DNA of 64,000 nt, taken from contig OY761159.2 in NCBI GenBank assembly GCA_963664395.2, positions 3,840,001 through 3,904,000 of the forward strand, written 5' to 3'. The DNA is from Candidatus Binatia bacterium. Its GTDB lineage: Bacteria; Desulfobacterota; Binatia; Bin18. A program made the position numbers and the translations under genes. Shown in pieces: positions 1-9,842 of the stretch. Within the stretch, counting starts at the first letter, position 1; each line of letters opens with the position of its first letter. Under the pieces are notes generated by a model. That model was not told the origin of the DNA. It saw nothing but the letters and a program-made list of their open reading frames with translations, and made no database searches.

Positions 1-2
1 GC

Positions 3-251
3 GGCCGTTTTGTTGAGGGCGGCCGTATTGAGTTAGGCGGTGAGCTCCCGGTGAACACGCATGGCGGGATGATGTCGCATTGCCATCCCGGTCATCCCGG
101 CTCGATGTTTTCAGTGACTGAAGCGGTCTTTCAACTGCGGGGAACATGTGGACCGCGTCAGGTCAAAGACGCCACCGTCGCTTTTGTCCATGCGCAGGGT
201 GGGATCATGTCCACCCATTGCTCCATGATTCTTGGGAAGGAGGGTGCGTAA
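3..251 (+). CDS. SCP-x-type thiolase family protein, C-terminal part (5' truncated by window edge)
   Basis: Frame open from position 3: GRFVEGGRIELGGELPVNTHGGMMSHCHPG...EAVFQLRG...RQV; NTHGG and EAVxQLRG motifs; followed by a DUF35 partner. Confidence 0.85.
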   Translation, partial: GRFVEGGRIELGGELPVNTHGGMMSHCHPGHPGSMFSVTEAVFQLRGTCGPRQVKDATVAFVHAQGGIMSTHCSMILGKEGA

Positions 252-667
252 TGACAACGCCACTAGAAAAGGTCCTGCCCGTTCCGACTGGCGAAACGCA
301 ACCTTTCTGGGAGGGCTGTCGGAATCATGAGCTGCGTATCCAGCAGTGCATCGCCTGCGGCCAGTATCAATTTTACCCCCGTCTCTACTGTACTGCCTGC
401 ATGAGCGAGCAGGTCGAGTGGGTCAAGGCGTCCGGCCGTGGGACGGTATTATCGTATACCGTTGTCTATCGCCCTGTGACCAAAGCGTTTGCTGAGGATG
501 TGCCGTATGTTGTGGCTCTTGTCACTTTGGAGGAAGGCCCGCAGATGATGAGTAATATTGTCGAGTGTGACCCTGAGCGGGTGGCGATTGGGATGCTGGT
601 GACGATTACTTTTGAAGACTGGTCCGAAGATATCTCGGTGCTGAAGTTTCGACCGGTCGCGGCCTGA
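251..667 (+). CDS. Zn-ribbon/OB-fold protein (DUF35, ChsH2-like), thiolase partner
   Basis: PFWEG...QQCIACG...YPR..CTAC, GTVLSYTVV, PYVVALVTLEEGP; ATG at 251 overlaps the thiolase stop. Confidence 0.9.
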   Translation: MTTPLEKVLPVPTGETQPFWEGCRNHELRIQQCIACGQYQFYPRLYCTACMSEQVEWVKASGRGTVLSYTVVYRPVTKAFAEDVPYVVALVTLEEGPQMMSNIVECDPERVAIGMLVTITFEDWSEDISVLKFRPVAA

Positions 668-808
668 ATATGGCGAGGGGTGCAGCCAGGGCGCGTGCCC
701 GAGGCTCTTGTTTGGGTAGGTCTTGTCTGCACAGGTATGGAAGCCGGGGCGGTTGGTCTGCCGCTTGGCCGCGGTGTCTCTCTCCCCGTTAGGAATAACG
801 GAGTGACT

Positions 809-1294
809 TTAGAGCATGTCTTCTGACACCGGCCGAAAACCTTCAAGTTCCGACAGGCGGCCCTGTCCCAAGACTTGAACAACCCACTGATGCCCCTCTT
901 GTGCTTCTTGGTGTTCCCGCCACTGTAAGCCATACTCTGCCTGAGCGTCCTCTGCGACTTCTTGGTCTGCTCCGTGCACGGCATAGACGGCTGTTCCGAA
1001 CTGCATGCCTCCCTGCCTTTTCGACTGGCGAACGAGATACGGCGGGTACCGCTGCGTTGACACAATATACTGCTGATCGTTATGAGCGACCTGTTCTTCC
1101 CACCCGCGCGGTTGCCATATGGGACTAAAGCCATAATACCAAGACAAGAGACCGCTGGCGAAAAGGAGTACGAAACTGCCGAGAGCCATGGATGCCCCAA
1201 ACGGAGAATTGTACACCCAGGCTAAGCCGCCAAAGAATAAGCCGGCGAGTCCGGTGACAACGCCGGTATGAGCAAAAATAGTAATGAGTCGCAC
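809..1294 (-). CDS. Hypothetical membrane protein (two N-terminal hydrophobic segments)
   Basis: 161-aa ORF filling the gap between DUF35 and yebC; family not recognised. Confidence 0.55.
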   Translation of the reverse strand: MRLITIFAHTGVVTGLAGLFFGGLAWVYNSPFGASMALGSFVLLFASGLLSWYYGFSPIWQPRGWEEQVAHNDQQYIVSTQRYPPYLVRQSKRQGGMQFGTAVYAVHGADQEVAEDAQAEYGLQWREHQEAQEGHQWVVQVLGQGRLSELEGFRPVSEDML

Positions 1295-1490
1295 TCGAAA
1301 TGCCCTTCTCTACAAAAAGCCGGTGTCGACGAGGCTCGGGTGTATCGTGTTTTTTTGTCCCCGACCACTCCCCTCTTATAGTGGGCTCTTCCTGCATATG
1401 GTAAATATACGAGGAGCGGCTTTGTGCGTTTACCCTCCAAGAGGAATATGTTATCCATGTCAGGAAATTCTATGCCGGGAGGAGACGGTC

Positions 1491-2243
1491 ATGTCCGGCC
1501 ATTCCAAGTGGAGCACGATTAAGCATAAGAAGGCAGTCAAGGATGCCCGCCGCGGCAAGATGTTCACCAAACTGATTAAGGACCTCTCTATTGCGGCCCG
1601 GATAGGTGGGAGCGACCCGACTGCCAATCCCCGCCTGCGTACGGCGATTGCCGCGGCCAAGGCTGCCAGCATGCCCGGAGATACGATAGACCGCGCCGTA
1701 AAAAAGGGTGCTGGCGAGCTTGAGGGCGTGAGCTATGAAGAGGTGATCTACGAAGGGCACGCGCCAGGTGGGGCGGCAATCCTGCTTCAGACGCTGACGG
1801 ATAATAAAAATCGAACCGTTTCTGAAGTGCGCCATCTCTTTACCAAAAACGGTGGGAATCTGGGTCAGCCCAATTCGGTCGCGTGGATGTTCACCCTCAA
1901 GGGCATCCTGACCATAGAAAAAGATCAGGTGGATGAAGACCAACTCATGGAGGTCGCCCTTGATGCCGGGGCAGAGGATATCATAGCTGGTACGGACATG
2001 TTTGAGGTGGTGACCGCCCCGGACGATCTCGAAGAGGTCCGTCAGGCCCTGGAGCACGCCAGTATTACTTTACTGTCTGCCGAAGCGACCATGGTCCCCC
2101 AAAACACGGTCAGTCTGGCCGGCAAAGAAGCCGAGCGGGCGTTACGTCTGCTCGACGCACTCCAAGAGCTTGATGATGTCCAGACCGTTTCAGCCAATGT
2201 AGAAATTGCCGAAGAAGAGATGGAACGATTCAGCGCGGCCTAG
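1491..2243 (+). CDS. yebC: YebC/PmpR family protein
   Basis: MSGHSKWSTIKHKKA start, YEG and TDNKNRT motifs; GGAGGAG RBS upstream of ATG 1491. Confidence 0.96.
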   Translation: MSGHSKWSTIKHKKAVKDARRGKMFTKLIKDLSIAARIGGSDPTANPRLRTAIAAAKAASMPGDTIDRAVKKGAGELEGVSYEEVIYEGHAPGGAAILLQTLTDNKNRTVSEVRHLFTKNGGNLGQPNSVAWMFTLKGILTIEKDQVDEDQLMEVALDAGAEDIIAGTDMFEVVTAPDDLEEVRQALEHASITLLSAEATMVPQNTVSLAGKEAERALRLLDALQELDDVQTVSANVEIAEEEMERFSAA

Positions 2244-2303
2244 GTAAGGGGGCAGACAATCGACTCTTCCGACTCTCGCGACTCTCGTAACCCGCGTGCT
2301 CCA

Positions 2304-2921
2304 CTGCGTGTGTTGGGGGTAGACCCTGGCACGCTCCGGACGGGGTGGGGTGTGGTTGATAAGACGCGCCAGGGGCTGACCTTCTGTGCCGGGGATGTCG
2401 TCTCCGTCAAAGGATTCCGCTCTCTCCCCGAACGCCTGCGTCTCATCTATGAAGAGATCGTTGCTGTTATTGACCACTGGACTCCCCATGTCTTGAGTCT
2501 TGAAAAAGCCTTTGTTGCGTATAACGTTCAGAGCGCTCTTCGCCTGGGCGAGGCGCGTGGCATTGTTCTCCTTGCGGCCGCCCAAGCCGGTCTGCGGATT
2601 GCCGAGTATAATCCGACGGAGATTAAAACGGCTGTGACCGGCTATGGCCGGGCAGGAAAAATGCAGGTCCAAAAGGCTGTCTTTGCCCAACTTCGCCATC
2701 CGGATGGCAAAGTTGGCGTCTTTCCGTCAAGCCAGGATGCAACGGACGCGCTAGCCACAGCCATTTGTTACTGCGGTGCTGCTGGCTTGCCCGACATGCT
2801 CCGCCAGGCTGGCGCGCAGCAGCGGCATACTAGCGGGAGGCAGGCTCGTTCCTTGCGTGAGGTCTTTACCGAACAGAGGGTAGCCCAGATGCTTGCCGCA
2901 GAACAGAAAAAGCGTGGATAA
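2304..2921 (+). CDS. ruvC: Holliday junction resolvase RuvC (start CTG 2304 or GTG 2310, uncertain)
   Basis: RVLGVDPG, LSLEKAF, LGEARG, VTGYGRAGK, DATDALATA motifs; upstream of ruvA. Confidence 0.93.
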   Translation: MRVLGVDPGTLRTGWGVVDKTRQGLTFCAGDVVSVKGFRSLPERLRLIYEEIVAVIDHWTPHVLSLEKAFVAYNVQSALRLGEARGIVLLAAAQAGLRIAEYNPTEIKTAVTGYGRAGKMQVQKAVFAQLRHPDGKVGVFPSSQDATDALATAICYCGAAGLPDMLRQAGAQQRHTSGRQARSLREVFTEQRVAQMLAAEQKKRG

Positions 2922-2942
2922 CAGGCTCGCATGGCAATACGT

Positions 2943-3530
2943 ATGATTGCGCGCCTGCACGGAGTGCTACACGAAAAGACCCCTGAGCAGCTTATTGTCG
3001 ATGTGGGCGGGGTAGGCTATCAGGTGTTAGTGTCGTTACAAACCTTCTATCATCTGCCAGGAGTCGGGGAACAGGTCAGCCTGCTCATCCATACGCATAC
3101 GCGAGAAGATACGCTCCAGCTGTTCGGCTTCCTTGAAGAAAAGGAAAAGTTGTATTTTCTGCTGCTTCGGAGCGTGAGTGGTATTGGTCCACGCTTGGCC
3201 TTAAACATTCTGTCGGGCATTTCAGTTGATGAGCTTGAGACGGCGCTTCACGCTCGCGACGTGACACGCTTGGTCGCAACTCCGGGTGTCGGAAAGAAGA
3301 CGGCTGAGCGTCTGGTGGTCGAATTGCAGGAAAAGGTAGGGGCGGGGGAAGCGGGGAGCGGCACTCTCCCGGAAACGCCCAGTCCACTCTCGACTGAAGC
3401 GGTCTCTGCTCTGGTGCATCTTGGCTATCGTCAGGCTCAAGCGGAGCGGACGGTGCGGGTGGTCGTACAGAATGGAGCAACTGCCATTGCAGATGTTATC
3501 CGAGAATCGTTACGGAGGCTCAGCGCATGA
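2943..3530 (+). CDS. ruvA: Holliday junction branch migration protein RuvA
   Basis: [34 protein letters not shown]. Confidence 0.96.
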   Translation: MIARLHGVLHEKTPEQLIVDVGGVGYQVLVSLQTFYHLPGVGEQVSLLIHTHTREDTLQLFGFLEEKEKLYFLLLRSVSGIGPRLALNILSGISVDELETALHARDVTRLVATPGVGKKTAERLVVELQEKVGAGEAGSGTLPETPSPLSTEAVSALVHLGYRQAQAERTVRVVVQNGATAIADVIRESLRRLSA

Positions 3531-4639
3531 GCCAGGAAGTGAAGGACCTGAAAAACGGGCAGGACGAAAGTCTGGAAAGTCCAGGCTGGGACCTGCTTGA
3601 TCCGACCCGCGCTCCGCTCGACGTCGGGCTGGAAGAAGAGGCTGTCTGGCCTAACGAACACCGCGTCAAGGGATCGCTCCGCCCCCGCAGCCTTGAAGAG
3701 TATATCGGCCAAGAGGGAACAAAGCAGAATCTTGCGATAGCGATTGAAGCGGCCAAGCAGCGGGCTGACGTCCTTGACCATCTGCTCTTCTGTGGGCCGC
3801 CCGGATTAGGAAAGACGTCCCTGGCGTATATCATTGCGCGTGAAATGGACGTCGCGATTCGAGCGACAACCGGACCGGTCGTTGAGCGGCCCGGCGACTT
3901 GGCCGCTATTCTGACCAACCTTGAAGAAGGGGATGTCCTCTTCATTGACGAAATCCATCGACTCAACCATGTGGTTGAGGAGTTTATGTATCCGGCAATG
4001 GAGGACTTTGAACTTGACCTGGTTGTTGGCCAAGGCCCATCCGCGCGGACGGTAAAGTTGCCCTTGAAGCATTTCACCCTAGTCGGCGCCACTACTCGTG
4101 CCGGGCTCTTGACCTCACCGCTCCGGGATCGTTTTGGAGCAACGTTTCGATTGGATTTTTACCAGGTGGCCGAGTTGGAACAGATCATTCGTCGATCGGC
4201 CTCAATTCTTGAGGTCGAAATCGATGCGGGCGGAACCGTGGAAATCGCGCGTCGCGCGCGGGGAACGCCTCGGATTGCCAATCGCTTACTCCGACGGGTC
4301 CGTGATTATGCCCAAGTGAAGAAAGAGCCTGTTGTGACTCAAGAAGTGGCCCATGTCGCCCTCACGCTGGTTGAAGTGGATGAGGCCGGGTTTGACAAAA
4401 TGGACCTGGCGATTCTGCGGACGATTATCGAGAAATTCAATGGTGGACCGGTCGGTGTCGAGACCATAGCCGCGGCCATTGGCGAAGAGAAGAACACAAT
4501 TGAAGATGTCTACGAGCCGTATCTTTTGCAAGAGGGTTTTTTGCAGCGCACGCCACGGGGACGTTTGGCCACCCTCAAAGCATACCAACATTTGCACATT
4601 GACCGACCTGGTAAAAAAGAGCGGGGCGATTTGTTCTAA
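3527..4639 (+). CDS. ruvB: Holliday junction branch migration ATPase RuvB
   Basis: [43 protein letters not shown]. Confidence 0.97.
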   Translation: MSQEVKDLKNGQDESLESPGWDLLDPTRAPLDVGLEEEAVWPNEHRVKGSLRPRSLEEYIGQEGTKQNLAIAIEAAKQRADVLDHLLFCGPPGLGKTSLAYIIAREMDVAIRATTGPVVERPGDLAAILTNLEEGDVLFIDEIHRLNHVVEEFMYPAMEDFELDLVVGQGPSARTVKLPLKHFTLVGATTRAGLLTSPLRDRFGATFRLDFYQVAELEQIIRRSASILEVEIDAGGTVEIARRARGTPRIANRLLRRVRDYAQVKKEPVVTQEVAHVALTLVEVDEAGFDKMDLAILRTIIEKFNGGPVGVETIAAAIGEEKNTIEDVYEPYLLQEGFLQRTPRGRLATLKAYQHLHIDRPGKKERGDLF

Positions 4640-4819
4640 CGAAAGCGTCCAAAACGAACGATGGTGGAACGTGACAGAACATTTTGGCTCGGGCACCGTG
4701 GGGGTCTCTCGATTCAAGGCGAGCGGGTCGCATTCCACTTCCCCTTCACGACCGGTCTGATTGTGAGTATTGATATATCCCTGTTTTTCTTGCTGCCGAG
4801 ACGATAAGAGCGAGAGAGT

Positions 4820-7144
4820 ATGGAAGCCTCAGTCCACGAGAGTCGTTCACACGAGAGTCGCTCACACGAGAGTCGCTCACACGAGAGTCGTTCAGGGGAG
4901 CACAAACGCCGCCAGCTCCGAGAAATATTTGTCATCCTCGCCGCTGCCCTCGGCGTTTTCTTGTTTGCCTTTCTCCAAAGTCGGTCTCCACAATTAAGCG
5001 ATAGCGAAAGCCTGGCCAGCAATATCATTTTCATTCTGCTGATCAATCTCAATATCATTCTGCTTGTTTTGCTCGTTTTTCTTGTTTGTCGGAACCTGCT
5101 GAAGCTGTTCTACGAGCGACGAGGGAAGCTCCCCGGTGCCCACCTCCGTTCTCGGCTCGTTCTCGCTTTTTTAGGAATTTCCCTTTTCCCGGCGGTACTC
5201 CTGTTTTTTATCGGTATCGGCTTTATGACGAAGTCGATCGAGAATTGGTTCTCTTTACGTGTTGAGCACTCGTTAAGTAGTTCGCTTGAGGTCGTTGATG
5301 GTGTCTATACGCGTCTTGCTGATGAGGCGCTCACGCACGCACGGGCAATCGCCCAGACGATTATCTCCCAAGATTTCCTTGAGCCGACGCGCTACGAGAG
5401 TCTGCAAGCCCGTATGAGTATCGAGCAGCACGAACGTGGCTTGGCTCAGCTCGTTGTGTATTCTCCTGCTCTCACCCTTTTGGCCAACGCGCCGGAGACA
5501 AGTGGGGCGCTGACGGCTCCCCAGCTCACCGAGGCCCTCTTGGAACGTGTCCGGTCTGAGACCCAAGAGGTTCAGCAAATCGTGACCATGGAGCAGGCAG
5601 AGCTGGTGTACGGAGGTGTACCGGTCATCGTTGGAGAACACCGTGTTGGTATTGTCGTGGCCGGCACTCAGGTTCCCGTGGACGTGGTCAGACAAGGCTT
5701 GCAGGTGGTTGAGGCGTTGAGGGAGTATCGCCAACTCAAAATTTTGAAACAGCCAATTAAAAACAATTATGTGATTACGATGTTCCTGGTCACCCTCGTC
5801 GTCATCTTCTCGGCGATCTGGGTCGGCGTGTATGTCGCGAAAAAAATTACTGTTCCGCTCCAACAATTATCGGCTGCGACGCGGGAGGTTGCGCGGGGCC
5901 ACTGGGCGCACCGGATTGAGGGAGAAGGGGAGGACGAAATAGGCACGCTCGTCTCCGCGTTCAATCGGATGACCGTCGAACTCCAGCAGAGTCACCAAGA
6001 ACTTGAGGCCCGACGGCGCTATATGGAGATTCTGCTCGGGAATATCAATGCTGGCGTGGTCTCGTTTGATCGGGACGGGCGGCTCTCCACCCTGAACCGG
6101 GCGGCAGAGCAGTTGCTTCATTTGCGTGCAGACAACGTGATTGGCCAGGACTATCGTGTCATCTTCTCCTCAAACGAGTTCCAAGAAGTGCAGCGCATCG
6201 TGCGCGAGCTCCTTCCGGTGCAATACGGCAATGGTAACGACGACAGCCACGAACAGCAGGGCCAGCTCCGTTTGGATCACCATGGACAAGTCCATTCCCT
6301 CTTGATAACAGGAACCCCTTTGCCTGATGACCGGGATAATGCGCTCGGTGTGCTGTGCTTTTTTGAGGATGTGACTCAGATCGTCCAAGTCGAACGCCTG
6401 GAAGCCTGGCGAGAGGTAGCCCGTCGGATTGCGCATGAAATTAAAAATCCGCTCACGCCCATTCAGCTTGCCGCTCAGCGTCTACACCGCCGCTTTGCTC
6501 CCCAGATTACAGACGGGAGCGGGGTGTTTGACGAGTGCGTGCAGAGCATTGTGCATGAAGTCGATGCTATTAAAAAACTCGTCAACGAATTTTCCACCTT
6601 CGCTCGTCTGCCGGCCGGAGAGCATAGTCCGCATGACGTGAATGCGTTGGCGCAAGAGACGCTTGTCCTGCTCGCTGAAGCCTACCGTGATTTGGATTTC
6701 GTCTTTACGCCGGATCGTTCGTTGCCGGTGTTCGAGCTTGATCGCGAGGGTATGCGTCGTGTCATTCGCAATCTGTTAGACAATGCAGTCGTAGCGTGTC
6801 GGGAAGGCGCGAATGGGACTCCGGGACGTATCGAAATCACGACTCGATATTTGCGCCCGCTTGGCATTGTACGCATCGAAGTCGCCGATAATGGCTGTGG
6901 GATCCCGCCCGAAGTAAAGGGACGATTGTTCGAGCCGTATTTTTCAACCAAAAGGGACGGGACCGGATTAGGGCTGGCGATTGTTGCAACCGTGGTGGCT
7001 GATCATCAAGCCTTTATCCGGGTGCGGGACAATGCGCCACGCGGCAGCCGGTTTGTGATTGAAATGCCGGTGCGCAGAAGTGCGCGTCAGACAAATCTGA
7101 GGCGTGAGAGACCCTCGTCGCCATCAATTGAAAACGTAGCGTGA
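4820..7144 (+). CDS. NtrY-like sensor histidine kinase (TM, periplasmic, HAMP, PAS, HisKA, HATPase)
   Basis: AWREVARRIAHEIKNPLTPIQL H-box typical of NtrY; NLLDNA, DNGCG, FEPYFSTK, GTGLGL boxes. Confidence 0.92.
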   Translation: MEASVHESRSHESRSHESRSHESRSGEHKRRQLREIFVILAAALGVFLFAFLQSRSPQLSDSESLASNIIFILLINLNIILLVLLVFLVCRNLLKLFYERRGKLPGAHLRSRLVLAFLGISLFPAVLLFFIGIGFMTKSIENWFSLRVEHSLSSSLEVVDGVYTRLADEALTHARAIAQTIISQDFLEPTRYESLQARMSIEQHERGLAQLVVYSPALTLLANAPETSGALTAPQLTEALLERVRSETQEVQQIVTMEQAELVYGGVPVIVGEHRVGIVVAGTQVPVDVVRQGLQVVEALREYRQLKILKQPIKNNYVITMFLVTLVVIFSAIWVGVYVAKKITVPLQQLSAATREVARGHWAHRIEGEGEDEIGTLVSAFNRMTVELQQSHQELEARRRYMEILLGNINAGVVSFDRDGRLSTLNRAAEQLLHLRADNVIGQDYRVIFSSNEFQEVQRIVRELLPVQYGNGNDDSHEQQGQLRLDHHGQVHSLLITGTPLPDDRDNALGVLCFFEDVTQIVQVERLEAWREVARRIAHEIKNPLTPIQLAAQRLHRRFAPQITDGSGVFDECVQSIVHEVDAIKKLVNEFSTFARLPAGEHSPHDVNALAQETLVLLAEAYRDLDFVFTPDRSLPVFELDREGMRRVIRNLLDNAVVACREGANGTPGRIEITTRYLRPLGIVRIEVADNGCGIPPEVKGRLFEPYFSTKRDGTGLGLAIVATVVADHQAFIRVRDNAPRGSRFVIEMPVRRSARQTNLRRERPSSPSIENVA
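4835..4894 (+). repeat. 15-bp tandem repeat x4 (CACGAGAGTCGYTCA) encoding HESRS x4
   Basis: Read directly from the sequence. Confidence 0.95.
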
Positions 7145-7163
7145 GGAAGGGGAGGGACGCCTA

Positions 7164-8474
7164 ATGGAAGAGCTGATTCTCATTGTAGATGACGAAGAAC
7201 AAATCCGGACGACGTTACGCGGGATTTTACAAGATGAAGGGTTCCGTACGCTCGAAGCGGACTCGGGTGAGGGCGTGGTAAACTTAGTCGCCACGTGGCA
7301 TCCGCGTCTCGTGCTCCTCGACATCTGGATGCCACACATTGACGGGATCGCCCTCCTTGAACAGCTTCAGTCTCAAAACCCCGACTTGCCTATTATTGTG
7401 ATTTCCGGCCATGGAACGATCGAAACAGCAGTCCGTGCCACAAAACTAGGAGCGGCCGATTTCCTTGAAAAACCCTTCTCGCTGGAAACCTTACTCCGTT
7501 CGGTCCATCGTGCCCTGGGAAAAGAGCCGGGCCACACCACCTCTGCACAGATAGCCGCCGCTACGGCTGATGCTGACTTCCCTGCGGTGCACGCTACGCG
7601 AAAAATCCCGGCTCGGACCATTCGTCAGAGTGTTGTCGTGCATGGCCGGGGGCTCCACTCGGGGGTCCGCACGGGAATTATTTTCCATCCCTTATCGCCG
7701 GGTAGCGGCATTGTTTTTGGCACGTTGTCCTCAGACATTATGATTCCGGCCACCGTCGAGTATGTCCAATCGACCGGCTACGCAACCAGCCTGTATCGAG
7801 CGGGTACGGGGGTGAAAACGGTTGAACATCTGCTCTCGGCCTTGCATGGCTATGGCATCACTAACCTCCTCATTAAAATGCAAGGAGAGGTTCCCATTCT
7901 CGATGGCTCGGCGCTGGAATTTTGTCAATTGCTCGAGAGTGCTGGCATTGTTGAACAAGACGAAGAGGTGGAAGCCTTGAGTGTGGACCGGACGTATCAG
8001 GTCGGCGACCACAGTGCCGGGAAGTTCCTCCGCATTGAGCCCTCAGAGCAGCTTGAGATATCCTACTGCTTAGAATATCCGGAGCCAGTTGGGAGACAGG
8101 AGTTCCACTACGTCCATGGTGATGCTGACCGCTACCGTGAGACTATCGCGCCGGCGCGTACATTTGGCTTTCTCAAGGAGATTGAGGCACTTGAAGAGAT
8201 GGGCCTTGCCAATGGGGGTCGGCTGAATAACTGCCTCGTGATAGGCGAGCAAGGCATCATCAATCCGCCCCTCCGCTTTGATGATGAGCTTGTCCGTCAC
8301 AAGATTCTTGATTTGCTCGGCGATCTCTATTTATTAGGCCAGCCCATCCGCGGCAAAGTGACTGCCTACCGGACAGGACATGGGGACAACGTCGCTTTGC
8401 TGCGGGCAATTCGAGAGGAGCAGACGCCGCGCGTGCCAGAGCCTCCGTCAAGGGTACCCTCGGCTCTCCAGTGA
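7164..8474 (+). CDS. lpxC: Fusion of NtrX-type response-regulator receiver domain and UDP-3-O-acyl-GlcNAc deacetylase LpxC
   Basis: N-term LIVDDE, LLDIWMP, ISGHG, EKPF; C-term RTI..G.GLHSG, TVEHLLSAL, EVPILDGSA, APARTFGF, HKILDLLGDL, TGH. Confidence 0.93.
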   Translation: MEELILIVDDEEQIRTTLRGILQDEGFRTLEADSGEGVVNLVATWHPRLVLLDIWMPHIDGIALLEQLQSQNPDLPIIVISGHGTIETAVRATKLGAADFLEKPFSLETLLRSVHRALGKEPGHTTSAQIAAATADADFPAVHATRKIPARTIRQSVVVHGRGLHSGVRTGIIFHPLSPGSGIVFGTLSSDIMIPATVEYVQSTGYATSLYRAGTGVKTVEHLLSALHGYGITNLLIKMQGEVPILDGSALEFCQLLESAGIVEQDEEVEALSVDRTYQVGDHSAGKFLRIEPSEQLEISYCLEYPEPVGRQEFHYVHGDADRYRETIAPARTFGFLKEIEALEEMGLANGGRLNNCLVIGEQGIINPPLRFDDELVRHKILDLLGDLYLLGQPIRGKVTAYRTGHGDNVALLRAIREEQTPRVPEPPSRVPSALQ

Positions 8475-8478
8475 CCCC

Positions 8479-9780
8479 TTACGGTGTCACCCGCTCTAAC
8501 ATTCTGGGAAATGGAATTGATTCTCGGACGTGATGCAGACCGCACAGCCAGGTGACCAGCCGCTCAATACCCATGCCGAAACCTGCATGGGGAACGGAGC
8601 CGTAGCGTCTCAGGTCAAGATACCAAGAGAAGGCTTCTGCGGGCAGGTCATGCGCCTCTATCTTCCCTTGTAGGACGGAGAGGTCGTCTTCACGTTGTCC
8701 GCCCCCTATGATCTCGCCATAGCCCTCTGGCGCTAAGACGTCCATGCATAAGGCAACTCTAGCATCATGAGGGTCGGTCTTCATATAAAAGGCTTTGTTT
8801 TCTGTCGGGTAGCGATGGATCATAACCGGACGGTCAAATTGTTCGGATAAGATGGTCTCGTCATCGCCGCCAAAGTCATCCCCCCACTGAATGTCAACGC
8901 CTTTCGCTTGCAGGCGTTCGACAGCCTCGCTGTAGCTAATACGTGGAAACGGCTTCTTCACCTGAACGAGTTTGGCCGTATCACGCTCAAGTGCTTGGAG
9001 TTCAGCTTGTCGGTTGGCCAGGACGCGCTGGACAACGGCCTCCAGAAAATCTTCGGCGAGATCCATGTCGTCATTCAAGTCGCAGTAGGCAACTTCGGGC
9101 TCAATCATCCAGAACTCGGTCAGATGGCGACGCGTTTTGGATTTCTCGGCACGAAAGGTAGGACCACAGCAGTAGACTTTGCCAAACGCCATGGCGCCGG
9201 CTTCCATATAAAGCTGGCCGCTTTGGGTGAGATAGACGGTGTCATCGAAATATTCGACCGGAAAAAGTGTGGTTGTCCCTTCACAGGCGGCGGGCGTGAA
9301 GATCGGGGCATCGAGGAGGGTAAAGCCATGAGCATCGAAGTAGTCTCGACAAGCCTTTATGACTTCACTGCGAATACGAAGCAAGGCATGCTGGCGTGAG
9401 GAGCGAAGCCACAGGTGGCGGTGGTCGAGCAGAAAGGCAATACCGTGTTCTTTGGGGGTAATGGGATAGTCGTGGGCCTGCTGAGTGACTTTTAAGTCGG
9501 TCACGCCGAGTTCAAATCCAATGGGTGAGCGGGGATCAGCCCGGACCGTGCCCTGTACGACAACGGACGATTCCTGTGTAAGGTCATGCCCTAAGGCAAA
9601 TGTCTCAGCAGAGAGGTCACCCTTGAATACCACACACGGGATCGTGCCGGTGCCGTCGCGGACTTGAAGAAAATGCAATTTTCCGCTGGATCGCTTGTTA
9701 TACAGCCAGCCTCGGAGCTCGACCTCTTGCCCTTCGTATGGCGCGATATCCCTTACATAAACCCACTCAGGCATAGGCAT
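8479..9780 (-). CDS. asnS: Asparagine--tRNA ligase
   Basis: OB-fold RGW...[50 protein letters not shown]. Confidence 0.95.
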   Translation of the reverse strand: MPMPEWVYVRDIAPYEGQEVELRGWLYNKRSSGKLHFLQVRDGTGTIPCVVFKGDLSAETFALGHDLTQESSVVVQGTVRADPRSPIGFELGVTDLKVTQQAHDYPITPKEHGIAFLLDHRHLWLRSSRQHALLRIRSEVIKACRDYFDAHGFTLLDAPIFTPAACEGTTTLFPVEYFDDTVYLTQSGQLYMEAGAMAFGKVYCCGPTFRAEKSKTRRHLTEFWMIEPEVAYCDLNDDMDLAEDFLEAVVQRVLANRQAELQALERDTAKLVQVKKPFPRISYSEAVERLQAKGVDIQWGDDFGGDDETILSEQFDRPVMIHRYPTENKAFYMKTDPHDARVALCMDVLAPEGYGEIIGGGQREDDLSVLQGKIEAHDLPAEAFSWYLDLRRYGSVPHAGFGMGIERLVTWLCGLHHVRESIPFPRMLERVTP

Positions 9781-9842
9781 TCCCTTCCTGGATTGTCGGA
9801 TGCTACTCGGAGGAGCACTATAGCATAAAGGAAAAGGAAGAC

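Noticed and set aside
466-1200. 244-aa minus-strand ORF, plus other long antisense ORFs such as 10306..11268, 41170..41772 and 59875..60483
   Set aside because: They overlap well-supported genes and show no recognisable motifs; treated as shadow ORFs.
4835-4894. Possible CRISPR array
   Set aside because: Contiguous 15-bp units with no spacers, inside a CDS, and no cas genes nearby.
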